A stretch of DNA of 63,647 bases, the filler included, from Saprolegnia diclina VS20 (Eukaryota): NCBI RefSeq assembly GCF_000281045.1. It is 5 parts of one record of this genome, joined end to end, with 100 filler letters (N's around TTAATTAATTAA, not from the genome) between each part and the next. Parts side by side here need not be neighbours in the genome. Positions count along the whole stretch, not along the records: positions 19,145 to 47,493 come from NW_008246093.1; positions 47,594 to 54,140 come from NW_008246093.1; 3 more parts are not named here. The stretch is one strand, 5' to 3'. A model generated the notes under the pieces. That model was not told the DNA's origin. It saw nothing but the letters and a program-made list of their open reading frames with translations, and made no database searches. The translations under genes and the position numbers were made by a program. Positions within the stretch are counted from its first letter, which is position 1, and every line of letters begins with the position of its first letter. Of the stretch, positions 36,601 to 49,076 are shown piece by piece.

Positions 36601-38430
36601 CGCGGAGAAGCTCGATGCGCCTGTCGCATCGTCCGTCTCGACAACGACCGAGTGGCACACCGCGAGGTGCGTCAGGAACTTCGCCAAATTCGCTGCTTGG
36701 TGCGGAATGAGCCAGTCTTTTGCGAGCTCGTTCTTTGGGTCGAGAAACTGCACGTTGGGGATCGTGCGTCCATGCAGCGGCTCGGCTTCGAGGTCCGTGA
36801 CAGACGCGACGCGCCCCGCGCGTGTCTGGGCGGCGCGGCCAATGTCGGTCGAGCCGCGGCCGTACGACCGCCCGGCGACCGAGAGCTTGCGAAAATTCAT
36901 TTCATTGGCGGTGAGCGTGCCCGTCTTGTCGCTGAAGATGTGCGTCACTTGCCCAAGCTCGTCGTTGAGGTCGGCGTTGCGGACCATCGCTGGCGTGTCG
37001 GACGGGGCATGGTACATGCCTAGTTCATTTTGGTATCAGTGTCCAACTCTCCAATTCTCAAACATCTCGACACTCTCCAAACTCAAATTTGCCAAATTTG
37101 CCAAATTGGCAAACTTTGCAACAAAAAATATGAAAATCGACGTACCGAGGTCGCGGTTCATAAAGATGGTTTGGTAGCTCTTGACGATCGCGATCGACAC
37201 GTAGAGCGTGATGGGGACGAACGACGCAATGAGGATCCAGTAGTAGCCAAACATGACGACGCCGCCCGAAAATGAAATCGTATACGCGTTGAGCGAGTCG
37301 CCGACGCCAAAGTAGAGGTACCATGGCGCATTTGCATGCATCCACGTCAGATCCAAGATCGTGCCGACGAAGCAGAGCGCAATGAGAATCGCCATCAGGA
37401 TGAAGATGCCACGGTTGATGATCTCGAGCGCTTTGCTCGTCTTGGTCGGCGTCTTGTTGGACGACTGCATGACCTTGGTGTCGGTCCCGGTGTTGAGGAC
37501 GAGGCCATACACAAACGGCGTGTTGCGAATGACGCAGCCGCGCAGCGCGACGTTCTTGAGGTCGAGCGGGAAGAGCGTGTCGCTGCCTTCGTCCGGCTCG
37601 TACCGTCCATTGAAGCTGTTGATGTCGTGGTTGGGCAGCTCGCTAAAGACGCGACCGGGCAGACGACCGAGCGCGCTTGGGTCCGAGAGCTGCGCGTACG
37701 TGCACGCAAGCGCTTGGCGGATCTTGAGGTTCGTCTCGCCGTCGAGCGACTTGGTCTCGACAAAGCACATGCCAATGGGCGACGACGGGTTGGCCTCGTG
37801 CACCTAGGATGGTATAAGACAAGGGTGGTGCGCGCAGGCGTACGGCAAGGAGGAGGACGTCGGCGGGCACGGCCTCGTACTTTTTGATTTGAAGAATGTC
37901 GCCGACCGCTACGTCCTTCCACGCCCGCTGCACGAACGGGTCGGACGCGTTGGCACTGGCTCGGTCGTACACGAGCGTCGTCCGCGCGTTCATGACGGCG
38001 TCGGCGCGGTGGCGCGCGACGTCTTCGAGGCCTGTGAACACGCCATCGACAAAGAGCACGATCGAGAGCACCATCCTGCGCATGCACTTAGCACCGAGAG
38101 ATGGGATGTCACGGTGTACCATTGGTAGGGCAACCCGAGCGTCGACGAGATCGAGGGCAGGAGCTGGCCGACGCCAACGAGAAGAAAGTAAAAGTTGGCC
38201 ACCTGCGCGAGAATGAGCGAGACGCCATGCGGTCATGTGCGTACCCGCGTGAAGCGCTCGTAGAGGAAGACGGGCACGAAGCTATAGAACGTGTACTTGC
38301 TCGTCGCGACCGCATTGTTCGGGAAGCCCGCGTTGGCCGACGGGTTGTTGAGGTGGACGATGCGCCAGTGCGTCGGGTCGAGCACGGACGCCGACGGCGT
38401 CGGCGCGACCGGTGCCTGCTCCGTCGTCAT
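33612..38430 (-). CDS. P4-ATPase phospholipid flippase with C-terminal DysF-like domain (multi-exon)
   Basis: [83 protein letters not shown], tail GFAFSQ, final exon ending VRRRRWIK..., stop 33612-33614. Confidence 0.92.
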
Positions 38431-39499
38431 GGCTGCGACTCTGGAAATAGCCAACGACGAAATTTGGGTTTCGAGCTAAATTTGCTCACAAAGCTCGAAA
38501 CGACCGGCGCCTTTCTGCAAGATCCCGGAACCATGGCGAAGCCGCACGCACGAGCAGTGGCGCAAGAGAAGCTCAGACATGCAGCCCAAGAAGAAGCCTC
38601 TAGATGGAGGCCATGCGTACCTACAGCAGCATGGGCTAGATCGATCAAGCTCGCAGGGAGCTCCAACTGCCCAAGATACGGCAATGATAGCGAGCGTTCC
38701 TCCGAGGTAGACGCACGCCATAATGCTAGTAGGATGCAGTCAATGCGATGCTATCTCCAGCTTCCAGCTGCAGGTCATGCGTCAAGTTGCCACTGGCGCC
38801 TGTCCAGCGACGCCGCTTCCTTCGCATGCTTCGGTTTGAAACGCCAACATCCGGATAAGGCGATCGGATTCCGGATAATATACGACCTCGGTTTTGCTGC
38901 AGTTTAAAATCGTGAGAGCGTGTGGCAGCGTCGTTGAGAAGATGCGCAAGGCGAGGGTACTACGTAGTACTAGGCCATAAACGATTCCATGAAGGTTAGT
39001 ATGGATGTATACGTACTTGAGAATGGAAGGAGTAAAGACGGGTGGTGGCGTCGACAACCGTTTCGACAGAGACTGGCGCGGTGGCACTTTGGCCGGCTGC
39101 ACCCCGTTTTTCAGAGACGAAACGAAATATTTGTTTAAAAACTCTAGTATTTAGTGAACGGGTTCTCGATGTACACAGTTGTCCTTCGCTCGCCTTGCCC
39201 ATTTATCGTTGTCGATCACGCCAATATGGTGATGAGTTCGTTCAGAGTTACAATCAAGAAGGCATCATCGACAAAGCTATTCGCGCATGCTACGTTGCTC
39301 GGCGCGACTCTGCTGCTACCCGCGAGATAGATGCCGATACAGCTCGATCGTATGCCTCGTGCGCGGCGAAGGGTTTGTGACGTCGTGGTGCAAACCTTGA
39401 CACAGAGGCAAAACGCGCACAGAGTGCCACGTCACACGTTAAACGAGTTAAAGTGCCGTGGCATGGGACAAAAAGGGGTCCGTGCAAGCCAACGTTGCC

Positions 39500-40291
39500 T
39501 CACACGGGACGGTGCGTCGTGAGAAAGCTCGCGATGGACTCGATCATGCGTGTTGCAGTAGCTGCGGCGGTGTCCTTGCCCTTTGTCTTGGGCAGATCGT
39601 GGCCAGCGTTCTCCAAGACCACGACGTCGATGGCTGGATGTGCGAGGGCCTCAAGCGTTGCCTGGAGAAGCGCAGCACCCGCAGTGTCGAGATAAGGCCG
39701 ATGCAAGAAGTCGTCGGCGTCGCCACTGAGAACCAATGCCGGTGTTGTCGCCGGTAAAAGGCGTAGCTGGACCACACGCTCATCCTACAAGGGCATGAGC
39801 ATCGTGTCCATGCGGCTGGACTGTAGCACGTTGTTCTTGGGACCGTAGAGCGGGAAGCCCGAGAGAATGACACCGCAAACGTCTCGTAGCGCGCCAGCAC
39901 CAAGCATCTCGCAGAGCACACGGTTGCCAAAGCTATGGGCAAAGACGTAGAACGTGTCGACGCCGTAGGTCGCGAGGTCGGCTGTCGAGGGGCAGCAGCT
40001 GCGAACGAGCTCAAAGTTGGCTGGCGCGGCTGCCTTTCGAGTGTTCCAGCGCCGACGCTCGTCGATTGCGTTGTGTATAACGACGTCGCTTAGCTGCGAA
40101 AGCACCAGGTCGTGCATGGCCTTGCTGAACGAGCCCGAGGCGCCGGGCAGCACGACAAGAACGGCCTTGGCCTTCGTATGCACTGCAGGCGCGACCTTGG
40201 TGCGCGCCGCCTTGGCCTTCTTGGGCGCTGGTGACTCCTGGGCAGGCTCTGGGGCGGACACGGGTCGCTTCTGCCTCGCTGACCGTCTCAT
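39500..40291 (-). CDS. KANSL3/Tex30-like alpha/beta hydrolase (2 exons)
   Basis: LPGASG, nucleophile elbow AHSFGNRV, GFPLYG, LVLSGDADD, AGHDL. The N-terminus is basic and low-complexity. Confidence 0.8.
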
Positions 40292-40446
40292 GCAAGCAAA
40301 TCGAAATGGGCGGAATCGGCACATGCCATTTTTAAATCACGACGCGCGTTGCGCGTGAGCTTTTCCCTCTGGCGAAGGAAGCACCACATCACGCTGGTAT
40401 GCTTGGCATATGACACAAGCCAGCCTCGCTTTCAGGACGCGCCCGC

Positions 40447-42753
40447 ATGCGCTCGTACCTGGTGCTATACTGTTGGATGGCTTTGGATCGCGTTTATTTT
40501 CGGCAGCTGCCGATCCACGAATCGCATGGTGATTGGTGGTATTTTACCCAATCCGCGCGACGGTCGTTGTTGGGCAGCATGGTCGCCGGCTTGAGGCGGC
40601 TCGCCCAGCAGCTCTGGCTCGCCCTCCTCACGCTCTGCGCGCTGCTGAGCCTGCCGTGCAGCATGCTGCGCTGGCTGCGCCACGACCACTCTCACCGGCT
40701 GCGGCGCCAAGATTGGTACTTTATCGCGTGGCGCTTTACGTTTCCAGTGCTCACGCTGTTGCTCGTGGTGACGCTGAGCTGCGTCGGGCACCTCGCGGGC
40801 GTGCTCGGGTACGCGGCCGTCGCCGGGTCTGTCTGGTTTTACTGCAATCTGCTCGTGATTGCGATGCCCTTTGCGCTCGTGTACCGCTACCCGCTGTTTA
40901 GCCATCGGCTAAAGGCCCTGTTCTGGAATGGCCTCGCTGTCTTTAGCGTCTTCAACAGCCTCATCGAGTGCTTTGTTCTCACCGAGGGCAAGCGCCATAG
41001 CGCGACGCACAGCATCTCGATCGGCCAAAGCAAGCTGAGCTGGCTCATGGGCAACACCATGTTTGGCATCGTCGGGTTGGTCGGCGTGCCATTTTGTTTT
41101 GCGATCCAGCCGCGTACGATCCGCATCGAGGTCGAGTCGGACGATGCACGCTCCGAGGCACAGCCATCGCTCTCGACATCGTCGCTGTCGACCAGCGTTC
41201 TCTCGTCTTCCTACTACCCCCACGACCTCCCGCTGCTTCTCGAGGCCACTGACGACGACGACGACGCAACGATGGCGCCGACGCCGACCACGCCCATCTC
41301 CAACCGGTACGAACACGATCGCGCTTCATGGACGAGAGCATACACGGTGCTTCTAGGCTTCTGTACGCCGCTGGCGCCAGCGTCCTCGCCTGCTTTCTCG
41401 CGATGATTTGCTCGAACTTTCCGAGCCAAGCGCGAACGCCGGCGTCGTCGCTCGATATGTACTGGTGGCCCCTCTACGCGCTCTCGCCGTGTCTCATCGG
41501 CTACTTCCTGTACCACACCTTCCTCGTACGACGACGCGTCATCTTCTCTTTTGGTGCAAAATGGATATGTAGATGCCCTCGCCGTTGGCGCGGGCCAGCG
41601 ACGCCATCAACGTCTCGGACACGCAGTACGACTTCAACTACCTCGTCATCTTTACGACGGTCCTCGTGCACGTCCCCGTCTTTGTCGGCCACCTCTGCTT
41701 GGAGCTCTTTGCGGTCGTCGCAGCGACACACAAGGACGACGGCGGCACGACCAGTACCCTCAAGTTTCTCGTGTCGTGTCTTTTCTTGGTCGTCATGCAA
41801 GGCTACCTCTACGTGCTGACGCGCGTCGTGCAGACGCTCTCCGAGCCGTACGCGTACCCGTCGTTATTGTACAGCGCGCAGCTGTACTACTATCTCTTTT
41901 GGTATCTCATGGTCGGGTCCGACACGCCGATCGATATGCTCTACGTGGCGATGCTCGTCGTCAACAACTTGCACGTGGTGTTTGCCAACACGGGCGTGTA
42001 TACCGACGTGACGCAGCTCAGCGTCCACTGCCTCCACCCCAAGCTCCAGTGTCTCTCGGTATACATTGTCGTCGCATCTCGAGACAAGGTGTCGATGCAG
42101 CAGTTATATCGTAGATGTGTCTGGGGTCGTCGGTCGCCGTTTGTTTTCGCGCGGCCAAGTCGAGCGTCAAGACGGACGAGGACGGGATGACGGTGCCGCA
42201 TTTACCCCCGTCCCCCGCCGTAGGCGATCCTTGCATCGATGAGTGTTCTCATTGCGAGACTCTGTAGGCGGCGCGGCAACGGCGTACGTGCTTTCCAGAA
42301 CCGCCCAAAGCCAAAGACGAGGACAGCGTCACGGGCCCGCAGCTCCATCAACTGTACTTTCTCATGAAGCTCGCCGAGCAAGATATGATGGCCGACACGA
42401 GTGCGCTTGTCCTTGTGCCCTCGATCCTCTCGTGGCTCTCGGTGGTCGAGACCCCCGAAGAGGCCGCGACGCATGGCCCACCGCCGCTCCTCAACATGTG
42501 GCTGCGCTGCCTCGTCATGTTTTTCGGGCGCCTCGGCGGCTCGTTCTTGGCGCGCGAGATCTTTGCGTACAAGATGCAGAAGATGCCGTCGTCGCAGCAA
42601 ACCGGGCGCGACCGCATTCGCATCCAGCGCATCATGCTCGCCGACTTTTACCGGCAGTTTTGGTATCTTGCGGCCGTCACGACCGTGTGCGCGTTTGCGT
42701 GCTTTGACAAGGCCGGGTGGCCCGCACGGTATACCTTTTATACGACCACATAA
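40447..42753 (+). CDS. Uncharacterised multi-pass membrane protein (multi-exon)
   Basis: Chain of hydrophobic plus-strand ORFs (40447-41406, 41328-41819, 41573-42190, 42364-42753) with many TM-like stretches and GC3 bias. It is divergent from the hydrolase across a 155-nt spacer. Confidence 0.65.
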
Positions 42754-43269
42754 GACCAAGCACAGTGTACACGCTTGTCGGGTTATGAGGACGGACTGGA
42801 AAACGGCAATCTCGAAGCGAGGGGTAGGGTTTCGACGCATCGTTCGCCATCGACTCTGGCGAGCTAGCTGCCTCAAAGTAAAGACGAACGAACGGGTTCT
42901 GCGGTATGTATTTGCTAGTAAACTGTCGCTTATGTCGCGACGACCGCTCGCACTATCCATGTGCAATACACTGTACGAGGAGCAATCCCGAAAAGGAAGT
43001 GTTTCATGCCCTTGACTCTCCTCGACGGCCGCGCCGCAGATGGCGGCGTGGGCATGCGACTGACGCGGTTGTCGTCGTGGGGGAGTGCTGGCGGCTACAA
43101 GTAAGGACCATAACGTCCTTCCTCGCATGCAACGCAAATGAGCAAGCATTGGGCACCGCGTGGAAGCAGCGCCGCAATGAAGAGCTTGCTCGTTAACGCT
43201 GGTAGAGGTTGTAGGTTGGTGGTGACACGGATATTCAGCCATTTGTAGTACAAATTATGACTAATGTAG

Positions 43270-44731
43270 TTAACGATTATGCACGCGCAGTGTGATCATG
43301 GGGTCCACGAGGCCATCCATGTCGTACAGGAACGACGCGTCGGTGCTGTAGTCGACGTCTTCGGAATAGTTGCGCGGACGCAGCATGGACGGCCGCACCG
43401 GCAAATCCAAGCTGCTCTTGCGCGGTGGCTTCGGTCGCCGCGGTGCCGACTCGTACACTTGCAGATACGCCATGTCGACGCCGCCGCTGCCAGTAACCGG
43501 TGGCGGCTCGGTCGACCACGCATCGTTCTCACCGTCGAGCGAGTTGTCCGACATGCTCTCCGTGTCGCGCAGCCCGGGCATCGATGCGGGCGGCAGCGAC
43601 GAGCGCACGGTCTTGGAGCAGACGTGACACACGCGCATGGGCGCGCTCGCGTCGGTTGGCATGGTCCACTTGCGGCTGCAGCTACTACATACCACCTACT
43701 GACGAGTCATACGAGAACGCAAAACTCGCGTGAGCTACCTTGCCGCAGGGCTGGCACGTCTTTGGACGGCGAAACCGGAATGAACTGCTGCAAAGCATGC
43801 AGTGCTTGGGCCGTGTCGTGACCGGCAACGACGTCATCGACAAGGACTCGAGCAGGACCGTGTGGCGGAGGCGCTGCTGGTGCACGTAGTCGTCGACCAT
43901 GGTGATCTTGCGCGCCCGCCGACGCACAGCCAAATGCATGGCGAAGTGGGGAATGGAACCCTTGAAGTCGGACGCAATGTGGTAGACAACGTCGAGGACG
44001 CCGGGCGTCGCAGTCTCCAGGAAAACGCAGCCGGTGTGCTCGAGGGACCCGCGGACGAGGTCGAACTGCCTGAGTGGCGCGCAACACGCCGGTAGCTCAA
44101 TCGACGACTGGCAGTACGCCCAGCCCCGCCGCCCAGATGCCATGGTAAACGTGTTTTGGCCCTACTTTCTTGTAGGAAAAAAGAGGAAATTGCACGGGAG
44201 TATACCTCAAGGTAGAGGTAGTCGCGGTTGCTGATGACCGAGAGCGGCGACTGCACGGCCGCCCACTTGACGTAGGTTTGGCGGTGCGGCGCGTCTGGTG
44301 ACCGATCGCGGAGCGAGTAGAGAGGAATGATGTCGAGAATGTCGCTTGCGTAGCAGCGCATGTACTCGAAGCACTTGGCGCGCGTCTCAAAGGCGTGCAG
44401 CGCAGCGACTTCGTCGATGGTGGCCGAGATGCGCGCCACCGCTCGGTACGGGACGTAGCCTACACGATCGTCGTATCCTATAATACGACTAGGATTCGGA
44501 TCTCGTACTGGCATTGGCTGGCAAGGCGGACGAGTGCATCTGGAAGAGGTTGACGCCACTGGTCCGGCCGATGGGCGTCCATGTCTGCAGCTTCATCGGC
44601 GAGGTCGCCGACGCAATGAGGTTGGTCAAGTTGACGTCGGCTCTCGCGCGGTACGCGTCGGCGTCGGCTTCCGAGAGCGGCGGCGCATGAAAGAAGTCGT
44701 CCGGCAGCGGGAACCGCTTCTTGGTCGGCAT
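43270..44731 (-). CDS. START-like + FYVE-type zinc finger protein (copy 3, spliced)
   Basis: MPTKKRFPLPDDFFHAPPLS, SNRDYLYLE, GRRGWAYCQSSI, CMLCSSSF..CQPCGK..VCSSC..RVCHVC. Confidence 0.8.
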
Positions 44732-45147
44732 GCCAATTGGTGTCTGACAGAGGACGCAATGTGCCAGAGGCGCCACCAGCCGGGTTCGGGACGCGAATTC
44801 GAACACGGCAGATGCGTTTCATTGGCTGCTTCTCTGCACAAATCGTTTGTTGTTGTCATCAATCGTCAACTTCAAATTTAGCCTTTCGTGGCCTCTGTTT
44901 TGTTGGTTGTGAAGTTGTCAAAGGGCAAAAAGGACAATATGATAGTATCCAGTGTATTCGCTTTGGTAGAGTGCGGTGGCACCAGTATACCGCCGTGCAG
45001 CGACAGCACATTTCGCATTTTGTGTCTGAACGAAACGGCAAATCTTGCAGCCGCGAGATTACAGCTGGAAAGTGCAGTATGAGATTGCAGTCGGCGTTGA
45101 TGTTTGGTTTATGCTACAGGATACGACTACGCTGTCGTCCAAGTGTA

Positions 45148-46722
45148 CTATGAATGGCGCAGTGGTGTGATCACAGCCGGGGCAATAATGTCAAAGTCCC
45201 CGCTCAAGTCGGGCGTCGTTGGGTCATTGAAAATGATGTGCTTGGTCGGTGCACTCGTCGGTGCCGCGCGCATCGCGACGGACGATCGCCGGCGCTGGCT
45301 TCGGGCAATGGACGACCGGCGGCTTGGCGACATGGGTGGCCCGTACATTTCCACATACGAGAGGTCGCAGCTTTGGCTCAGCGTCGAGACGCGGCTGCTG
45401 TCGCTGATCTGGCTGGACGACGACGGGCGGCGAAGGATATCGGACGGGCGGCGCATCGACGGGCGCGGCATCGATGCGGTCAGATTGTCGTCGTCGTAGC
45501 GCGTTGACGGGCGGTACACGTCGGGCATCGATGCGCTCTCGACGCCGCGGAGTCGTGGCGCGCCGCCGTCCGACTTTTCCCACATTGAACCGTCGCGCAC
45601 CGCAAGCGAGCACACGTGGCAGATGCGCACGTCGACTTTTGAATGTTGTAGCACATGCAGCGACCACTTGCGACTGCACTTTGCGCACACAACCTGTCCA
45701 ACCTCGATGATCTCATTTTGAAAAAGACAAGTTGTGTACCTGGCCGCAGCTCTGGCAAATTTTGGACGCGCGGAAGCGGAACGACACAAAACACGTGGCG
45801 CAGCTCTTCGGGGGTGGACCGTGGTGCATGGCGCTCTTGGCGTGGATCGGCAGCTGGCCGAGACGCATCTCGTGGATGTACTTGTCGAGGCGCGCAATGG
45901 ACTTGCCGCGGCGCTTGATGGCCATTTGCCGCACGAAATGCGGCACGTTGCCGTGGACGTCGGTGCCGAGGTGGTAAATGACGTCGAGGGTCCCCGGTCT
46001 TTCCGTTTCCAAAAACACACAACCCGAGTTGGCGAGGTGGCCACGGACCACGTCGTACTGCGGCAGCGCGGGGCACCCGGGCAGCGAGATCGACGACTGG
46101 CAGTACGCCCAGCCGCGCCGGCCAGACTCGAGCACAAACGCGTCTTGTGTCTACAAGATATGACGTTGTTGTACATTTTCTGGAGTAGTGGGCGGGTAGT
46201 ACCTCGAGGTAGGTAAAGTCGCGGTCCTTGATGAGCGCGACTGGGCTCTGGATGACCGACCATTTGATGTACATGCGAGACGTTGTCGCGTCCGAGCTCG
46301 TGGGCTCGCTGAGGACGTAGAGCGGGAGCAGACCGAGAACGTCGTGGGCGAGGTGCCGTCGGTACTGGTCGCACTGCGCCTTGGTGTCAAAGCAGTGCAG
46401 TCGCGCAACTTCATCCAGCGTCGCGTTGATTTTGGCCAGCGCGCGGTACTGCATCACATCTAAAGCAGCTCTCATATCATATTGGTCCAATTTTTTCAAC
46501 GGACGTACTCTTGTCGGACGTGCTCGGGTCCGTGGCCTGGAAGAGGCTCACGCCATGCGCGTCGCCGACCGGGTCCCACACGAGCGCGTTGTGCTGCTTC
46601 TTGGTGACACTGGCGACGAAAGTGCGAAGGAGGTCGTGGCCGCGCTCTCTCAGCGTTGCTTTTGTCTCGGGCGACAGCTCGGGAGTCTGGAAGACGCCGC
46701 GGGGCAGTGTGAAGGACGACAT
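45148..46722 (-). CDS. START-like + FYVE-type zinc finger protein (copy 4, spliced; tandem paralog of copy 3)
   Basis: MSSFTLPRGVFQTPELS, KDRDFTYLE, GRRGWAYCQSSI, CATCFVSF..CQSCGQVVCAKC..RICHVC. Confidence 0.8.
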
Positions 46723-47593
46723 CACACACGGGTTGCGCGGCGAAGCTACAATAATGAGCAATGTCGGAGGAGTCGACCGCGCCGAGGAGCCTTTACGCGC
46801 CAGCTGGTACGACCACTTGCAGTTTGTATGGGCGCGCAGCCAGGTGGGCGTCGGTGACACGCAGTGTCGACACCGGGTCCTTTCTCGCATGAGAGGTCTC
46901 TGCGACCGTGCGATAGGTCAGAGCAGCACAAGCAGTGCCGAGTCGAATGGACGAGACGTGAAGCGACGCGCTGCGATACTGTGCAGGGCGAGAGACGCGG
47001 TATCTACACTCGGATACGTAGGACTGCTGCTGGTTCTCGTGGAGGAGTGTCGGAACTCGGGCGCACGATCCCTGCACAATCATCTTGCTCGTTCTCTTGT
47101 GTACGGCAGTGCGTTGTCACGTGTGCTGGTGTGTTGTAAACCGAACTGCTTCTTGTCCTATGCGATGCCGCGGACTCGTATATATTTGCGGCGGCTACTA
47201 CTGTTGTCACTGCGCATGTGGGCGAGCACGGTCGTCGTAGAATCTGGTGCGGCCACCTTCTTGTGGTCGAGAGGCGCCGACGTCCAGCCGGTATTCTAGG
47301 GTTCCGGTAGTCATCGTCGTCGATTGGACCTAAACGCATTTCGTGTCAAGTCTGCGTCAAGAAGAGAGGCAACTGAATCTTCTAGTGGTTGAGCTACAGG
47401 TTGTATTGGCCCCCAGTGCAGTCCGTCGATCCACAATACAATAAACACATAATGTCATTGACCAGTACTAGTACTGGTATACGGGTATGTCGTNNNNNNN
47501 NNNNNNNNNNNNNNNNNNNNNNNNNNNNNNNNNNNNNTTAATTAATTAANNNNNNNNNNNNNNNNNNNNNNNNNNNNNNNNNNNNNNNNNNNN

Positions 47594-47830
47594 CGCGGCC
47601 GCGATCGCCTTGGGCACGCCAAGTACTCGTGGCGAGTGCGGTGCGACGACGGTGTGGTCCGCTGGGCCCAACGTGACGACGTCGACGACCACCTCATCGT
47701 CAAGTTCAACAACAAGATCAGCCGTCCCAACGAAGTCCAGGATGCAGATGCGACGATCGATTGGTCGACTACCTTTTCGTCCCGGTGGTGTAGACAGCCA
47801 ACAGGATCACATTTTTCCGACGGCCGGTAG
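47594..47830 (+). mobile_element. Chromodomain-like fragment, probable Ty3/Gypsy integrase tail
   Basis: RDRLGHAKYSWRVRCDDGVVRWAQRDDVDDHLIVKFNNK resembles chromodomain spacing. The same contig carries an RT fragment. Confidence 0.4.
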
Positions 47831-48071
47831 CTAATCGCACACCCCTTTGAAGTCCCGACAAGGTGCGACTAGGCACGTAGAGACGGGGTGGCGACGATAC
47901 ACACCCGCCAGTAGGAGAACACGTAATCCCCAAATAGCAATGAAGTGAATCCCTTTGGTCCCTGCGCTTGGCCGTCTGCGTACGACACTCGCGGCCTTTT
48001 TGCTCGCGGTATGCCGTCTCTATCGCTATCATGGATACTGAGGCCAACATGCATAGGCGCTCGCTCAAGTC

Positions 48072-48216
48072 TTGCGCGAGCTCGTGCGGCAGATGGTGCG
48101 AGACGGCATGGCCAAGCAAGTCGAAACCAGCAAGTGGGGCATCCCGGCGTTCCTCCGGCCCAAGCGCAACATGGCCGACCCGACGACCCAAGCCAGTGGC
48201 GTATGGTGAACGACCT
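48072..48216 (+). repeat. 145-bp near-identical copy of the Gypsy RT segment 51466-51610
   Basis: Direct comparison shows one mismatch (gtcgaaacc vs gtcgaagcc). Confidence 0.9.
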
Positions 48217-48412
48217 CTTTTCGTTTGGATTTATCATCGAGGTTTTATTGAGTTGTGGATTTTACGCGTCCAGTGTCATAGTTTCTACCAGTCCCATTGA
48301 TTTAAATTAATGNNNNNNNNNNNNNNNNNNNNNNNNNNNNNNNNNNNNNNNNNNNNNNNNNNNNNNNNNNNNNNNNNNNNNNNNNNNNNNNNNNNNNNNN
48401 NNNNNNNNNNNN

Positions 48413-48574
48413 GGGTCGAGCCACGAGAGCAAAGCCCGTGCGCGGCGCCTTGGCGGGTGACGGCGTCGGTGGCGGTGCCGGCGCCGAGATTGTCTGCAAG
48501 CGCGGCTTGTTTGTCTTCTTGGGGGTCGCTACCGGCGGCCCAATCGCCTCCATGTTGCGCAGCGTGCTCTGCAT
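48413..48574 (-). CDS. Possible N-terminus of a gene cut by the gap
   Basis: MQSTLRNMEAIGPPVATPKKTNKPRLQTISAPAPPPTPSPAKAP runs into the N gap. Confidence 0.35.
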
Positions 48575-48705
48575 CGTAGTCGTGCTATAAGCGGCCAAAT
48601 TTACAATGGAGAAACCTGGACAAAGCGACAGGGGGCGCAAATACGGGGCAGACCACTGCAGATAAGAGCTTACCGTCACCTACGTACCTGTCGTCGACTA
48701 GATGC

Positions 48706-48772
48706 GGTCCATAGCGGGGATTGAACCCGCGGCGCTACCGCGGCCGTCCGCGGTAAGCCCTCCAAGTAGGAC
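48706..48772 (-). other. tRNA-like structured element (perfect T-arm/B-box, non-canonical remainder)
   Basis: Minus strand GCGGG-TTCAATC-CCCGC, preceded by the hairpin TACCGCGG-ACGG-CCGCGGTA and closed by GTCC/GGAC. Confidence 0.35.
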
Positions 48773-49076
48773 ATCGGCGCGGCCATGCTCGGGCTCGTGG
48801 GTTTGGCAGGATGAGCTTTGCAGCCGCAATATTGGCCGTCCGGATAACCGTGTTCTACCGGTTAACTTCGAGATCGTATCTTCGGCTTTGTGTATTTTTA
48901 TTTAGACGAGAGATGCCTCAGACTGATTTTGCTGTAATACAATAAAGTGTGGTCTCTGCTTCGAAGTTCGGATCTCGCGGGTTTCGGGAGGGACAAGTCC
49001 GTTTTCTGCCTAATATGGATTGTCGAGGACTCCAAGTTGGCTTGGTATTTGTATCGGATGCCAAGATTTGTCAATA

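Noticed and set aside
47830..49075. Candidate LTR/PBS for the Gypsy element
   Set aside because: No second copy is available because the element is cut by a gap at 54141, so boundaries cannot be supported.
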